DNA of 54,973 nt from Promethearchaeota archaeon (GTDB lineage Archaea > Asgardarchaeota > Lokiarchaeia > Sigyniarchaeales > SOKP01), in NCBI GenBank assembly GCA_048938025.1, contig JBHLMP010000021.1, positions 1 through 54,973 on the forward strand, in the 5' to 3' direction. Shown piece after piece: positions 18,833 through 29,065 of this stretch. Numbering within the stretch: the first letter of the stretch is position 1; each line of letters begins with the position of its first letter. The position numbers and the translations under genes are program-made. The notes beneath the pieces were generated by a model. That model was not told the DNA's origin. It did no database searches and saw only the letters and a program-made list of their open reading frames with translations.

Positions 18833-20152
18833 TTATTTGTTCAAGAGTGAATTCATATGATCAATCCTTTTCTGGAGCAAGTTTAATGTTCCCACATCTT
18901 TTCTATGAAATAGTTTTCCTTCAATACAACTAACACCGCGTTCGGCAATTTTTTCTGCATCCTCAAGTGTGTTAGCAATCCCTAGGATTCCCATTGCTCT
19001 AGATGTTGTCGTATAAATATTATTACCTTCCCGATATACAGAAGCATAATAATATTTCGCACCAATTTCATTTAGTTTTTCCTTGTTAATTTTTACAATT
19101 TGATCTCTTTTTGGAGATACTGGATATCCTTCTGGAGCTAGATATTTACACACAGTTGCCTTATTTTCATAATTAATATTCCCTGGTAAATTTCCGTCAA
19201 TAACTTTCCAGCATATATCTACAAAATTAGCTTCAAGCAACGGTAGAACATTCATTGCCTCAGGATCACCCCATCTTGCATTATATTCAATTAACTTTAA
19301 TCCCCTTGCAGTTTTCATAAATTGTCCATAGAGAAATCCTTTATATTCTACACCAGTTTCAGCTTTCACAGCTGCTACGGTTTTATTCATATCTTCTAAT
19401 GCCATTTTAACATCTTCTTGAGTAATAAATGGCAAAAGATGATTTTCTATACTATACGAGCCCATCCCTCCTGTATTTGGACCTTTATCACCATCATATG
19501 CCCTCTTATGGTCTTGAACTAAAGGTGAACCTACAACATTTTTACCATCTACAAAAGTTTGTAATGTAAACTCTTCTCCTTCACATTTCTCTTCTATAAG
19601 AAATCTACTTTTCTTATTAATTAATTCATGGCAATACTCCAAAATCTCTTTTTTCGAAAAAAGATGATCACCATAAACCTTTACTCCTTTTCCCCCTGTT
19701 AAACCTTCTGGTTTTATAACTATATGTTCCTCCCCAATATCTTTAATGTAGGTTTCTACACCATTCATTGAGTCAAACATTTTACTTTTCACATTAGAGG
19801 ATATTTTATATTTTTCAAGTAAAAATCGTGTAAATATTTTTGATCCTTCTAATTGCGCAGCTTCAATTCGTGGACCAATACATGGAATACCGTTCTTTTC
19901 TATGGCATCGACAATCCCAACACATAAAGGAGCTTCTGGTCCTATAACCACAAAATCAATTTTTTTACTTTTGCAGAATTCTACAATTTCCTTGAAATCG
20001 GTTTCAGAATGAATTTTTATATCTCTACTTAAATCTTCTAATCCTGCATTTTTAAAACTCATAAAAGCAAAAAGTTTAGCACCACCATTAACAAGAGCTT
20101 CTCCAATAACATGTTCTCTTGCGCCATGACCAACAATTAAACAATTAACCAT
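18833..20152 (-). CDS. purD: Phosphoribosylamine-glycine ligase
   Basis: VGHGAREH, IGPEAPL, LEGSK, GGKGV, QDHKRAYDGDKGPNTGGMG, EYNARWGDPE; start at ATG 20152. Confidence 0.95.
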   Translation of the reverse strand: MVNCLIVGHGAREHVIGEALVNGGAKLFAFMSFKNAGLEDLSRDIKIHSETDFKEIVEFCKSKKIDFVVIGPEAPLCVGIVDAIEKNGIPCIGPRIEAAQLEGSKIFTRFLLEKYKISSNVKSKMFDSMNGVETYIKDIGEEHIVIKPEGLTGGKGVKVYGDHLFSKKEILEYCHELINKKSRFLIEEKCEGEEFTLQTFVDGKNVVGSPLVQDHKRAYDGDKGPNTGGMGSYSIENHLLPFITQEDVKMALEDMNKTVAAVKAETGVEYKGFLYGQFMKTARGLKLIEYNARWGDPEAMNVLPLLEANFVDICWKVIDGNLPGNINYENKATVCKYLAPEGYPVSPKRDQIVKINKEKLNEIGAKYYYASVYREGNNIYTTTSRAMGILGIANTLEDAEKIAERGVSCIEGKLFHRKDVGTLNLLQKRIDHMNSLLNK

Positions 20153-20305
20153 AATCAACCAACAAAGAGAAAATAACAATTTGAATTCTTAATATTAACT
20201 ATTTAGGTTAACAAATAATTTTAACCTTAATTATTAACCAAGCAATTAATAATTAAACAAATCAAAGGAAAAATTGAATAATTAAATTATAATACTTTCG
20301 ATCAC

Positions 20306-22039
20306 TTAGCCTTGTTTCATATCTTTAGCCCTAGCCAGATATTCCTCCAGATTCTTCTTGATCTCCCTTTTATTATATTTTCCTACACTTGTCTTGGGCA
20401 CTTCGTCGACAATGGTCACCAGTTTAGGAAGCATCCATTTGGTTATCTTACCTTTCTCCACACCTTCAATCCTGAGGAAATCAATCAGGTCATCTTCCTT
20501 TTTGTTGGAATCAGGTACAAGCTTTATGATGGCAAGGGCTTTCTCTCCCCATACGTCATCAGGAACACCTACAACAGTAGCTTCAAGGATGAAATCAGCC
20601 GTTGCAGCCAAATTTTCGAGTAAAACGGTCGGAACCATCTCTGCACCGCTTCTAATAACATCTGACATCCTATCAGCAATCACTATGAAATCTTCATCAT
20701 CAACCGTTGCTATATCCCCAGTATGAAACCACTCCTCGTACCACACATTCCCAGTCTTTTCAGGATTCTTATAATATTCTTCCATGACCCAAGGACCACG
20801 AATTACTATCTGTCCTAAGGTCCTATTGTCGTGGGGAACTGGTATTCCATTCTCGTCGACAACTTCAACCTCAATCCCAGGAATAGGAAGACCCGTTTTC
20901 ACCCTAACTTCATCCAATTTTTCCTTTGACCAGTTTGTCATATATTTTTTTACCCAAGCGATAACTGTAACTGGTGCTGTTTCAGTCATTCCATATCCTG
21001 AGGTCGCAGTAAATTCAGGAATCTTTTTCTCGACTTTTTTTTTTAATCCTAGCGGAAGAGCTCCCCCTCCCACACCAACATCTACAAGGCTGGATAAATC
21101 ATATTTGTCTAAATCTTTATACTCAATAAGCATAGCTAAAATTGTTGGGACCACTGCTACATATGTTACCTTTTCAGTTTGAATCAACTCGCAAAAGCCC
21201 TCAACCGTGAATGTCCCTGGCAATACTATTTTTACTGCCTGAAATACATTAATGAAAGGTGCTCCCCATGCGTGTATGTGATAGAGAGGTGTGAGCATCA
21301 TAGGAACCGTATTTTCACCAAGAAATACACTAGTTGGATCATTTCTAAAAAAGAAATAAGCAATTATGTGCAAACTCTGAAGATAGAGCGCTCTGTGAGT
21401 GAACAACGCTCCCTTCGGAAGTCCTGTAGTACCAGTAGTATAACAAAGAGTAGCATAGTTATCCTCACTTAAATAAGGCCACTCGAATTCTTCAGATTCC
21501 TGTTTAAGCAACACTTCATATTCAAAAAGATTCTCTATCTTCGTATCTGGCAATCCTGGTTTATCTGACATATATATAAATGTCTCTATAGTGTCTTTTA
21601 TTTTATCATAGATGCTTTCAACTAGGGGAAGAAGTAGATCATCAAAAAATATCACTTTATCCTCCGCGTGATTTATAATGTACATTATATGATCCAAGGC
21701 AAGTCTCACATTGATCGGATGGAGCACTGCCCCACTGCAGGGTACAGCATAATAAAGTTCTAGGTGCCTGTGTGTATTTAGTGCTATGGTAGCAACTCTA
21801 TCACCTGGTTCACTAGGTTTTCCAGGCTTTACGCCAAAAGATTTCAAAGCATTTGCTAAACGGCAAGTACGTTTATACCACTCAAGCCATGTAAAACGCT
21901 GGTATTCACCCGTGATATGGTTTCTATAAACAACGCCAATCTCATTTGGATAAATCTTCACTGGTCTTTTCATAAAAGTCGTGAGGAGTAGTGGATAGTG
22001 AGAACTAAATTCAGGATAGGTTTTATGTTCCATTATCAT
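20306..22039 (-). CDS. Long-chain fatty-acid--CoA ligase (AMP-binding)
   Basis: YTTGTTGLPKG, GYGMTETAP, WFHTGDIA, PKTSVGK. Confidence 0.92.
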   Translation of the reverse strand: MIMEHKTYPEFSSHYPLLLTTFMKRPVKIYPNEIGVVYRNHITGEYQRFTWLEWYKRTCRLANALKSFGVKPGKPSEPGDRVATIALNTHRHLELYYAVPCSGAVLHPINVRLALDHIMYIINHAEDKVIFFDDLLLPLVESIYDKIKDTIETFIYMSDKPGLPDTKIENLFEYEVLLKQESEEFEWPYLSEDNYATLCYTTGTTGLPKGALFTHRALYLQSLHIIAYFFFRNDPTSVFLGENTVPMMLTPLYHIHAWGAPFINVFQAVKIVLPGTFTVEGFCELIQTEKVTYVAVVPTILAMLIEYKDLDKYDLSSLVDVGVGGGALPLGLKKKVEKKIPEFTATSGYGMTETAPVTVIAWVKKYMTNWSKEKLDEVRVKTGLPIPGIEVEVVDENGIPVPHDNRTLGQIVIRGPWVMEEYYKNPEKTGNVWYEEWFHTGDIATVDDEDFIVIADRMSDVIRSGAEMVPTVLLENLAATADFILEATVVGVPDDVWGEKALAIIKLVPDSNKKEDDLIDFLRIEGVEKGKITKWMLPKLVTIVDEVPKTSVGKYNKREIKKNLEEYLARAKDMKQG

Positions 22040-22183
22040 TCTCCATTGTTCTTAAAGATTTCATAGATTAATTCTATAAATTCATTAAAAAAATTATTAT
22101 GATTGATTTTTTACAATATCAGAATATTATTAAATATTCTTTGATTGGGTTATATTTAAAAATAATTAGAAAAAAGATAAGAA

Positions 22184-23326
22184 ATGTTAGAGGAAAATTA
22201 TAGAAAAGCTGCACGAACAATTGTTAAAGCTGGTTATATTCCATTTCCTATAAATGATACTATGATTGAATTATTAAAACTATTAATTGATAAAGAACAA
22301 TTGCCCTTTATAACGGCATTCAGAAGAAAGGCTTCTCAAACTATGGAACAATTAAAAGACAGTAGTAAAATGTCAGAAGATGAGATAGAAAAGCATGTGG
22401 ATAAATTAGCTAAAACTGGTTTTATATTCAATCAATTAAATTCAAAAGGAATAATGGTATATCGATTAATGCCAATATTTTCGATTGGATCCTTTGAATA
22501 TTTCTTTATGAAAAAACTCGAAATTTCTAAAGAAAATGAAAAAGTAGCAAAGTTATTCGCTAAATTATTCGATGAATTAGCACGTTTTGTTCAACAAAAT
22601 TACGATACTATAGTTCCTATATTTAAAAATTTCCCTCCAATGGATAGGACTGTACCCATATTAGATAAAACAACGACAGGTGAAGATCTTGATATTTTAA
22701 TTAATGAAGAGATAAGCATCCCTGAAGAGAAAATATTACCAACTCAAAAAATTGAAGAACTTATAGAAAAATTTGAGGATATTGCTGTGGGTCATTGTTT
22801 TTGTCGGCATCATAAAGATTTATTAGGAAATCCTTGTAAAACTACAAACATAAGAGAAAATTGCTTTACTTTTGGAAAATCTGCACGCTATACAAGTGAG
22901 CAGGGATTTGCGAGGATGATTTCTAAAGATGAAGCATTTAAAATTTTAAAAGAGTCTGAAAAAGCTGGTTTAGTCCATAAAGCTTTTCACCCTCATGAAA
23001 ACATTGAAAGGGATGAAACAAGTATATGTAATTGTTGTGAATGTTGTTGTGCAACTTTTGAGATGTGGAGAACAGGAGCCATCTCTATGATAAATTCAAC
23101 TAATTATTTATCATCCATAGATGAGAGTTTATGCGTTGGATGTGGGACATGTGTAGAAAAATGTCCTGTTAAGGCAATCGAATTAAATGATGATAATAAA
23201 GCCGAAAGAAATGCAGAATGGTGTATAGGATGTGGAGTTTGTGCTCATTTCTGCCCTGAAAATGCCATATCTTTATTGGAAGGAATGCGTAAAGTCTACG
23301 TCCCTCCTCCTAAATTGCGAAATTAA
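22184..23326 (+). CDS. 4Fe-4S dicluster protein with N-terminal HTH-like region
   Basis: CVGCGTCVEKCP and CIGCGVCAHFCP; also CFCRHH and ICNCCECCC. Confidence 0.88.
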   Translation: MLEENYRKAARTIVKAGYIPFPINDTMIELLKLLIDKEQLPFITAFRRKASQTMEQLKDSSKMSEDEIEKHVDKLAKTGFIFNQLNSKGIMVYRLMPIFSIGSFEYFFMKKLEISKENEKVAKLFAKLFDELARFVQQNYDTIVPIFKNFPPMDRTVPILDKTTTGEDLDILINEEISIPEEKILPTQKIEELIEKFEDIAVGHCFCRHHKDLLGNPCKTTNIRENCFTFGKSARYTSEQGFARMISKDEAFKILKESEKAGLVHKAFHPHENIERDETSICNCCECCCATFEMWRTGAISMINSTNYLSSIDESLCVGCGTCVEKCPVKAIELNDDNKAERNAEWCIGCGVCAHFCPENAISLLEGMRKVYVPPPKLRN

Positions 23327-23361
23327 CATATTATTTTATCTTTCTTCATTATTTAATTCCC

Positions 23362-23922
23362 TTAAGAACCTTGAAGCTTTTGCTTGAATATGTCAATAGT
23401 GTTAGAAATCTCTTCAATTTGTAAATTAAATTCTTTAGGATGAACCTTTTTCAAATTTTCAAAATTTAAAATTATTTGTTTTAGTTCATCAATCCATAGT
23501 TTCATTAATATTTCATCTTCTTTACCAGTAATTACATTTTTTAACTCTGCCCTTATCATAGTTTTTAGTTTCTCTAAAAGTTGATTTTCGTTTACAGTGA
23601 AGGAGATTTTCATTACATCAAATTGAGTTTTAACTGCTTCTAAGTCAGATATGATTTTGTTTTTTTCTAATAAAAATTGGTCATTAAATTTATGTACCAT
23701 ACTGATAATAATATCTTCTTGAGTTCTAATCGTTTCTTCAGTTTGTTCTTTATATATTGTAATCTCCTCTTTTATTTTTCTAATATTTTCATTAATGAAT
23801 TCAACATTTTCTTTAAGTTCTTTATTGATTAATTCGATATTTTCCTCAAGTTTATTAACTTGGTCTCCTAATTTCTGAATTAACTTTGGAGTTACTTCCT
23901 TAATAACCTCTTTTTTAGGCAA
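23362..23922 (-). CDS. Coiled-coil hypothetical protein
   Basis: Heptad-like E/K/I/L composition; TTG start 6 nt after GGTGA; 23 nt downstream of the GTPase gene. Confidence 0.75.
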   Translation of the reverse strand: MPKKEVIKEVTPKLIQKLGDQVNKLEENIELINKELKENVEFINENIRKIKEEITIYKEQTEETIRTQEDIIISMVHKFNDQFLLEKNKIISDLEAVKTQFDVMKISFTVNENQLLEKLKTMIRAELKNVITGKEDEILMKLWIDELKQIILNFENLKKVHPKEFNLQIEEISNTIDIFKQKLQGS

Positions 23923-23945
23923 TATTATTCACCATTTCTCTTTTT

Positions 23946-24923
23946 TTATTTAATCTTTTTATTATGTTGTGTTTTTTTCTCTTTTTCTAGTTTTAATATT
24001 GATTGCAACTTTAACTCAAAATCCTCTTTGAAATAATTTAAATCTTTGGATGTTTTATCAATTATCTCGTTGAGTGAAGCTATTGGAGTGTTCTTTAAAT
24101 TTAGAATTAGATCTTTAATTGCTGTTAAATTATTGCTATAAGCATTTATAACATTCTCTTTAATTTCATCTAATTTGGGAATATGATATTGAATATCTTT
24201 ATGTTCCTTAGATCTTTCAGGTAATTCGATATCTCTTTTAGACGAAACTGAAACTTTTTTTGCAATAGATTTCTTTTTAAGAGTATGTAAATCAATCTCT
24301 GCTAAATTTGTAAATAAATCATTTAGATCATTCTCACTTTTACTGATAAATCCTAAAAAATCTTCTGAAAGTCTATTACCAGTATCTTCAATTTGCTTTT
24401 CCCAGTCCTGCAAAAAATTAAAAATGGACAGTTCAAAAAGATCTTGGACTTGATGTTGCGTTTTAGCAGAAATAAGAATTAATGGGATTTCTTTAATACT
24501 AAATCGAGCAGAAATTTCCTTTATATCATCTTCCGTTGATATTAAATCTAATTTATTTCCAATCAAATAAGTTAAGCAATCTTCAGAAGACTCTGTTAAT
24601 CTTTTTAAATACGTTTTTTGAAGTTCTAAAAGTGTTTCTTTTGTTTTAGATAAATCAAAAACTAATAGAGCTACATCAACATTGTTAAAATATACTGGGT
24701 TTAGCGGATTAAAAGAAGGTTGACCACCAATATCCCAAATATTCATACGAATAAAATAATCAGTCAATTTATATTCTTTTCTAGAAATATTACTTCCTAT
24801 TGTAGGAATATATCTTTCTGGGAAACCTTTATCCAAATAAGAATTGATAATGGAAGTTTTACCAACACCAGCATCCCCAAAAATAACTAATTTTAAATTA
24901 ATTTCATTACTAGACATTATCAT
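23946..24923 (-). CDS. Rab/Ras-like small GTPase with C-terminal helical extension
   Basis: G1 GDAGVGKTS, G2 YIPTIG, G3 WDIGGQ, G4 GNKLD, G5 SAK; about 150 additional residues. Confidence 0.92.
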   Translation of the reverse strand: MIMSSNEINLKLVIFGDAGVGKTSIINSYLDKGFPERYIPTIGSNISRKEYKLTDYFIRMNIWDIGGQPSFNPLNPVYFNNVDVALLVFDLSKTKETLLELQKTYLKRLTESSEDCLTYLIGNKLDLISTEDDIKEISARFSIKEIPLILISAKTQHQVQDLFELSIFNFLQDWEKQIEDTGNRLSEDFLGFISKSENDLNDLFTNLAEIDLHTLKKKSIAKKVSVSSKRDIELPERSKEHKDIQYHIPKLDEIKENVINAYSNNLTAIKDLILNLKNTPIASLNEIIDKTSKDLNYFKEDFELKLQSILKLEKEKKTQHNKKIK

Positions 24924-25105
24924 GTAAGAAATCTAATTGAATAAATTATGATAGATTTAATATATAAATTTGTTCTGAGAATAGGACTGATAATTTATGG
25001 AATTTAAGAAAAAAAACTATGAATCCAAATATAATTATGGTATAGTAAATTTAAAAATTTAGATAATTTAATTCAATTAGATTAAATAAAATACATGTTT
25101 AAAAT

Positions 25106-26053
25106 ATGAGCCAAAATCGTTGTATTGAAATACGTAATCTTTCTAAAAGTTATAAAGATCTTCTTGCTTTAAATAATGTCTCTTTTAACATAGAAAAAGG
25201 AGATATCTTTGGATATATTGGTCCTAATGGGGCAGGAAAAACTACAACTATTAAGATTTTAGTTGGATTAATCACACAATATAAAGGAGAAGTATTTGTT
25301 TATGGAAAATCTATTTCCAATTATAAAGATCTTCATAAGCTTATAGGATACCATCCTCAAGAAGTAGGATTTCAAGAATGGAGGACAGTTAATCATGCTC
25401 TAACTACTTTTGGTCTTTTATCAGGAATAAGTAAAGATAATCTCGAAGATCGTATTCAAGATGTTTTAAAATTTACCGAACTTAGAGATGTAAGATATAA
25501 AAAAATTAAACATTTATCAGGTGGTATGATCCAAAAACTTAGATTATGTCAAGCCCTCTTACATGAGCCAGAAATTCTGGTTTTAGATGAACCATTATCT
25601 GGTTTAGATCCTTCGATTAGGTATCAAATAAAAGGATTGATCAAATCACTTGCTAAAAGTGGGAAGACTATTTTATTTTCTTCACATATTCTAAGTGATG
25701 TTCAAGATATAGCAAATGTTATTGGAATTTTGCATAAAGGAAAGATTCTTAAAATTGGAAGTCCTAATGACTTACAAAGTGATTTTAATATAGGGAACAT
25801 GATAAGAATCGAAGTTGCTAAAAATTCATTGTTGTATCAAGATTTAGAAAATATTGATGTGGTAGAAAAAGTAGAAAATTTGGCTTCAAACATTCAAATT
25901 GTGCATTTAAGTTCTAATATTGATTTAAATTCTGCAATTAATCAAATTCTTAAATTATTATTAGAAAATGATTGTAAGATTAGAAATTTTAGTATAGTTC
26001 AACCGAGTCTAGAGGAAGTATATTTAAAGTATGTTGGAGGTGAACTTAAATAA
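25106..26053 (+). CDS. ABC-2 type exporter ATP-binding protein
   Basis: GPNGAGKTT, LSGGM, ILVLDEP, SSH. Confidence 0.93.
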   Translation: MSQNRCIEIRNLSKSYKDLLALNNVSFNIEKGDIFGYIGPNGAGKTTTIKILVGLITQYKGEVFVYGKSISNYKDLHKLIGYHPQEVGFQEWRTVNHALTTFGLLSGISKDNLEDRIQDVLKFTELRDVRYKKIKHLSGGMIQKLRLCQALLHEPEILVLDEPLSGLDPSIRYQIKGLIKSLAKSGKTILFSSHILSDVQDIANVIGILHKGKILKIGSPNDLQSDFNIGNMIRIEVAKNSLLYQDLENIDVVEKVENLASNIQIVHLSSNIDLNSAINQILKLLLENDCKIRNFSIVQPSLEEVYLKYVGGELK

Positions 26054-26715
26054 CATTCTTATTGCTTTTTTTTGATGAGTTAAGAGGTTATATTAAATCT
26101 AAGGTTATGATTATTCTATGGTTTGGAATGCCATTATTAGCTGTTCTAATCCGCTTCCTGTATCAACAGGCAGAGGTTGAGGGATTTTTAACCTCATTAT
26201 TAATAGGAATGGTAATTTCAAGTATAGGTAGTACTCTCTCTTCTGTAATGTTAAGCACATCAATAGTAAGCGAAAAAAATCATAAGGTATATGAATTATT
26301 CTTAGTAAGACCCGTTAAAAGGTGGTATTTCCTATTAGCTAAATTTTTTGCTGTTTACCTATGTTTAGTAGTAGCAGTTTTCATTTCCTACATAGTTGTA
26401 TTAATACTAGATGCCATTGATTTTGGAGTAACTGCAGATGACATAATAGAGATTTTAAAATCTATGTTAATGCTTATGGCTTTTATGGCCGTTTCATGTT
26501 CAATGGGAATCTTTTTTGGAGTATTAGTCCCCTCAGTAGCAGCTGCAGCAATCTTATCAGTTTATTTGGGAAATCAATTATCGTCAACAATTTTCATTTT
26601 ACCTCTTCTTTTAGATATTGGTGATCCAGCTGTAATAACTCCGATAGCTGGATACTCCATCGCTAGTATAATTATGCTTTTAAATATTCTCATCTTCAAC
26701 AGAAAGCAATTCTAA
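26050..26715 (+). CDS. ABC-2 type permease
   Basis: Six TM segments, EKNHKVYELFLVRPV motif; start is ATA 26050 (best SD spacing) or TTG 26062. Confidence 0.85.
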   Translation: MTFLLLFFDELRGYIKSKVMIILWFGMPLLAVLIRFLYQQAEVEGFLTSLLIGMVISSIGSTLSSVMLSTSIVSEKNHKVYELFLVRPVKRWYFLLAKFFAVYLCLVVAVFISYIVVLILDAIDFGVTADDIIEILKSMLMLMAFMAVSCSMGIFFGVLVPSVAAAAILSVYLGNQLSSTIFILPLLLDIGDPAVITPIAGYSIASIIMLLNILIFNRKQF

Positions 26716-26738
26716 TTTATTCTTTTTTTTTAATAATT

Positions 26739-27329
26739 CTAAACCAAATCTTGTTTCTTTTTAGAAAATTTATTATAAGCATAAAAAATTCTATGAATAG
26801 CAGTAATATTAGTTCCGATTGCCAAAATTATCATTGTCCACCAAATAGCGGTTGGAAACCAAATTTGGAATATTGATCCTATAAACAAAATCGGGATACG
26901 ATCTGTTCTTTCAATTAATCCTACTCCGTACATACTTTTGACTCCTAATGCTTCGATTTTGGCTCTAGTATATGAAGTTAAAAACGCCCCAATTATCACA
27001 ATGAGACCTATTTCAATTGAAGTGTAGCCCCCCAATATTACTCCAAAAAATAGAAAAAAATCTCCGATTCGATCTAAGGTAGAATCAAGAAATGCTCCCA
27101 TCTTTGTAGGACCTTGAAGACGTGCTACCACGCCATCTAATTGATCAAAAAACTCAGTAATAAATAAGAATGCAATAATTAAAGGGAGAATTTGAAAAAG
27201 GAAAACAAAGAATGTTATGATGGCAGATATCATGCCCAAAAGAGTAAAATAATTTGCAGGTATTTTTACTAACTTTCTTCCTAAGGGAAGTAATAACTTT
27301 TCTGAGAATTTTTTTACTTGTAATAGCAT
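26739..27329 (-). CDS. CDP-alcohol phosphatidyltransferase (archaetidylinositol-phosphate synthase-like)
   Basis: DQLDGVVAR...GAFLDSTLDRIGD signature; SYTRAKIE, ERTDR. Confidence 0.9.
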   Translation of the reverse strand: MLLQVKKFSEKLLLPLGRKLVKIPANYFTLLGMISAIITFFVFLFQILPLIIAFLFITEFFDQLDGVVARLQGPTKMGAFLDSTLDRIGDFFLFFGVILGGYTSIEIGLIVIIGAFLTSYTRAKIEALGVKSMYGVGLIERTDRIPILFIGSIFQIWFPTAIWWTMIILAIGTNITAIHRIFYAYNKFSKKKQDLV

Positions 27330-27435
27330 GCTATCCTAAATATGATGTTATATAGTCTCTTTCTTGAATTAATATTTAAAATATTTTAGAATATTTTATC
27401 AGTTTTATTATTATAAAATTTTAATAAAAATAAAA

Positions 27436-28932
27436 TTAGAGATTATAAATTGGATAATATTTCTTTTTAAGATAATCCATAAAGTATTCTGGGTTTAAGT
27501 CTTCCCCTGTGATTCTTTTTATTAAATCGCTTGCTCTATAGATACTTCCATGTTGATGCACATTTTCTCTTAAGTAATTCAATAAATTGGAAAATTCACC
27601 TTTTCTATAATCCTCAGGTAAGTTTGGCATCCTTTTTAATGCATCTGAATAGATTTGGGCACCATATAAATTCCCTAAAAGGTAAGTAGGAAAATATCCA
27701 AAATCTCCCCACGACCAATGTACATCTTGTAGAACACCTTGTGCATCGTTAGGTGGTATAATCCCTAAAAGTTCTTCAAATTTAGAATTCCATGCTTCAG
27801 GTAATTCGTTTACTTTAATTTTACCATCGATAAGTTCCTTTTCTAATTCAAAGCGTAAAATAATATGAAGCCCATATGTTACCTCATCAGCATTTACTCT
27901 TATAAATGAAGGCTTAACAACATTTATAGCTCTATAAAATTCTTCTAACGGATAATCTTTTAAAATTTCTGGAAAATATTTTTGAAAGTGTGGATACCAA
28001 TAAATCCAAAATTCCTTACTACGTCCTACAAAATTTTCCCACATTCTAGATTGAGATTCATTGATTCCCAACGAAGTGGCAGTACAGAGAATAGTATCAT
28101 GAAGTTCTTTTCTAATACCCATGTCATAAAGACCATGACCACATTCGTGTATTGTTCCAAATATACAATCACTTAAGTTATCTTCTATCGTCCTTGTAGT
28201 GATACGAATATCCATTGGAGCAAGAGATGTTGTAAATGGATGGGTTGATCTGTCTTGACGCCCATAACCAAGATCAAAATTCAATTTTTTTATTATCTCA
28301 ACACTAAGTTCAAATTGCTTATTTGGATCATAGTTTTTTCTTAAAATTGAATCAACAGGTTTATCCGAAGAAGATTCTAATTTTTTAACAAATTCAATTA
28401 ATTTGGTTTTTATTGGATTAAAGATATTGACAATCCACTCATATGTAGCACCAGGTTCATATAAATCTATTAAAGTAGAGTAAGTATTTGGGTGAGTCCC
28501 TAGTTTAATTGCTTTTTCTTTATGTAATTCAAAAGTTTTTTCTAACATTTTTTGGAAGAGTGAGAAATCACTTTTAGATCTAGCTTCTTGCCAAGCTTTT
28601 GATGCTAATGTTCCAGTTTCAACTATTTCCATAACCAGTTTCTCTGGTAATTTTGTTTTAAGATTATATTCTCTAGTAATTTCTCGCAACATAGCACTTT
28701 CAATTTCATTGAGATTAGAAAGCTTTTCTGCTTCCTTTATTAATTTCCCGACCTTTTCTGAAGTTATTCTTTTGTGAATTAATTTTTCCAACAGTGACAT
28801 TTGTTTACTTCTTCCTTCAAGTGAAGTATAATTTCGCATATTGACTTCTCGATCCCAACTTAGTACACTTTGTATATAACTTAATCTCATTATTTCGGTA
28901 AAAATGTCCTTAAGTTCCTCTATTGCATTCAT
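27436..28932 (-). CDS. Carboxypeptidase, M32 (Taq) family
   Basis: HPF, DIRITTR, HECGH, ESQSR, IRVNADE, GVLQDVHW, GYFPTY. Confidence 0.95.
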   Translation of the reverse strand: MNAIEELKDIFTEIMRLSYIQSVLSWDREVNMRNYTSLEGRSKQMSLLEKLIHKRITSEKVGKLIKEAEKLSNLNEIESAMLREITREYNLKTKLPEKLVMEIVETGTLASKAWQEARSKSDFSLFQKMLEKTFELHKEKAIKLGTHPNTYSTLIDLYEPGATYEWIVNIFNPIKTKLIEFVKKLESSSDKPVDSILRKNYDPNKQFELSVEIIKKLNFDLGYGRQDRSTHPFTTSLAPMDIRITTRTIEDNLSDCIFGTIHECGHGLYDMGIRKELHDTILCTATSLGINESQSRMWENFVGRSKEFWIYWYPHFQKYFPEILKDYPLEEFYRAINVVKPSFIRVNADEVTYGLHIILRFELEKELIDGKIKVNELPEAWNSKFEELLGIIPPNDAQGVLQDVHWSWGDFGYFPTYLLGNLYGAQIYSDALKRMPNLPEDYRKGEFSNLLNYLRENVHQHGSIYRASDLIKRITGEDLNPEYFMDYLKKKYYPIYNL

Positions 28933-29065
28933 TTCACAAACCTTAAATAGTGATAATTACAATTAAAAAAATTAGGTAATAATATACAATAAAATTTTGT
29001 TTTTTCCACTAAAACTATAGTATAAATATTAAAATTTTATACTTAAAAATAAGGATTTTATGTGG

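Noticed and set aside
20312-21472. Plus-strand ORFs antisense to the acyl-CoA ligase, and similar short antisense ORFs elsewhere (e.g. 1358, 2918, 11916, 29082, 29706, 41390, 50783, 54187)
   Set aside because: They lie inside or across better-supported opposite-strand genes and carry no motifs
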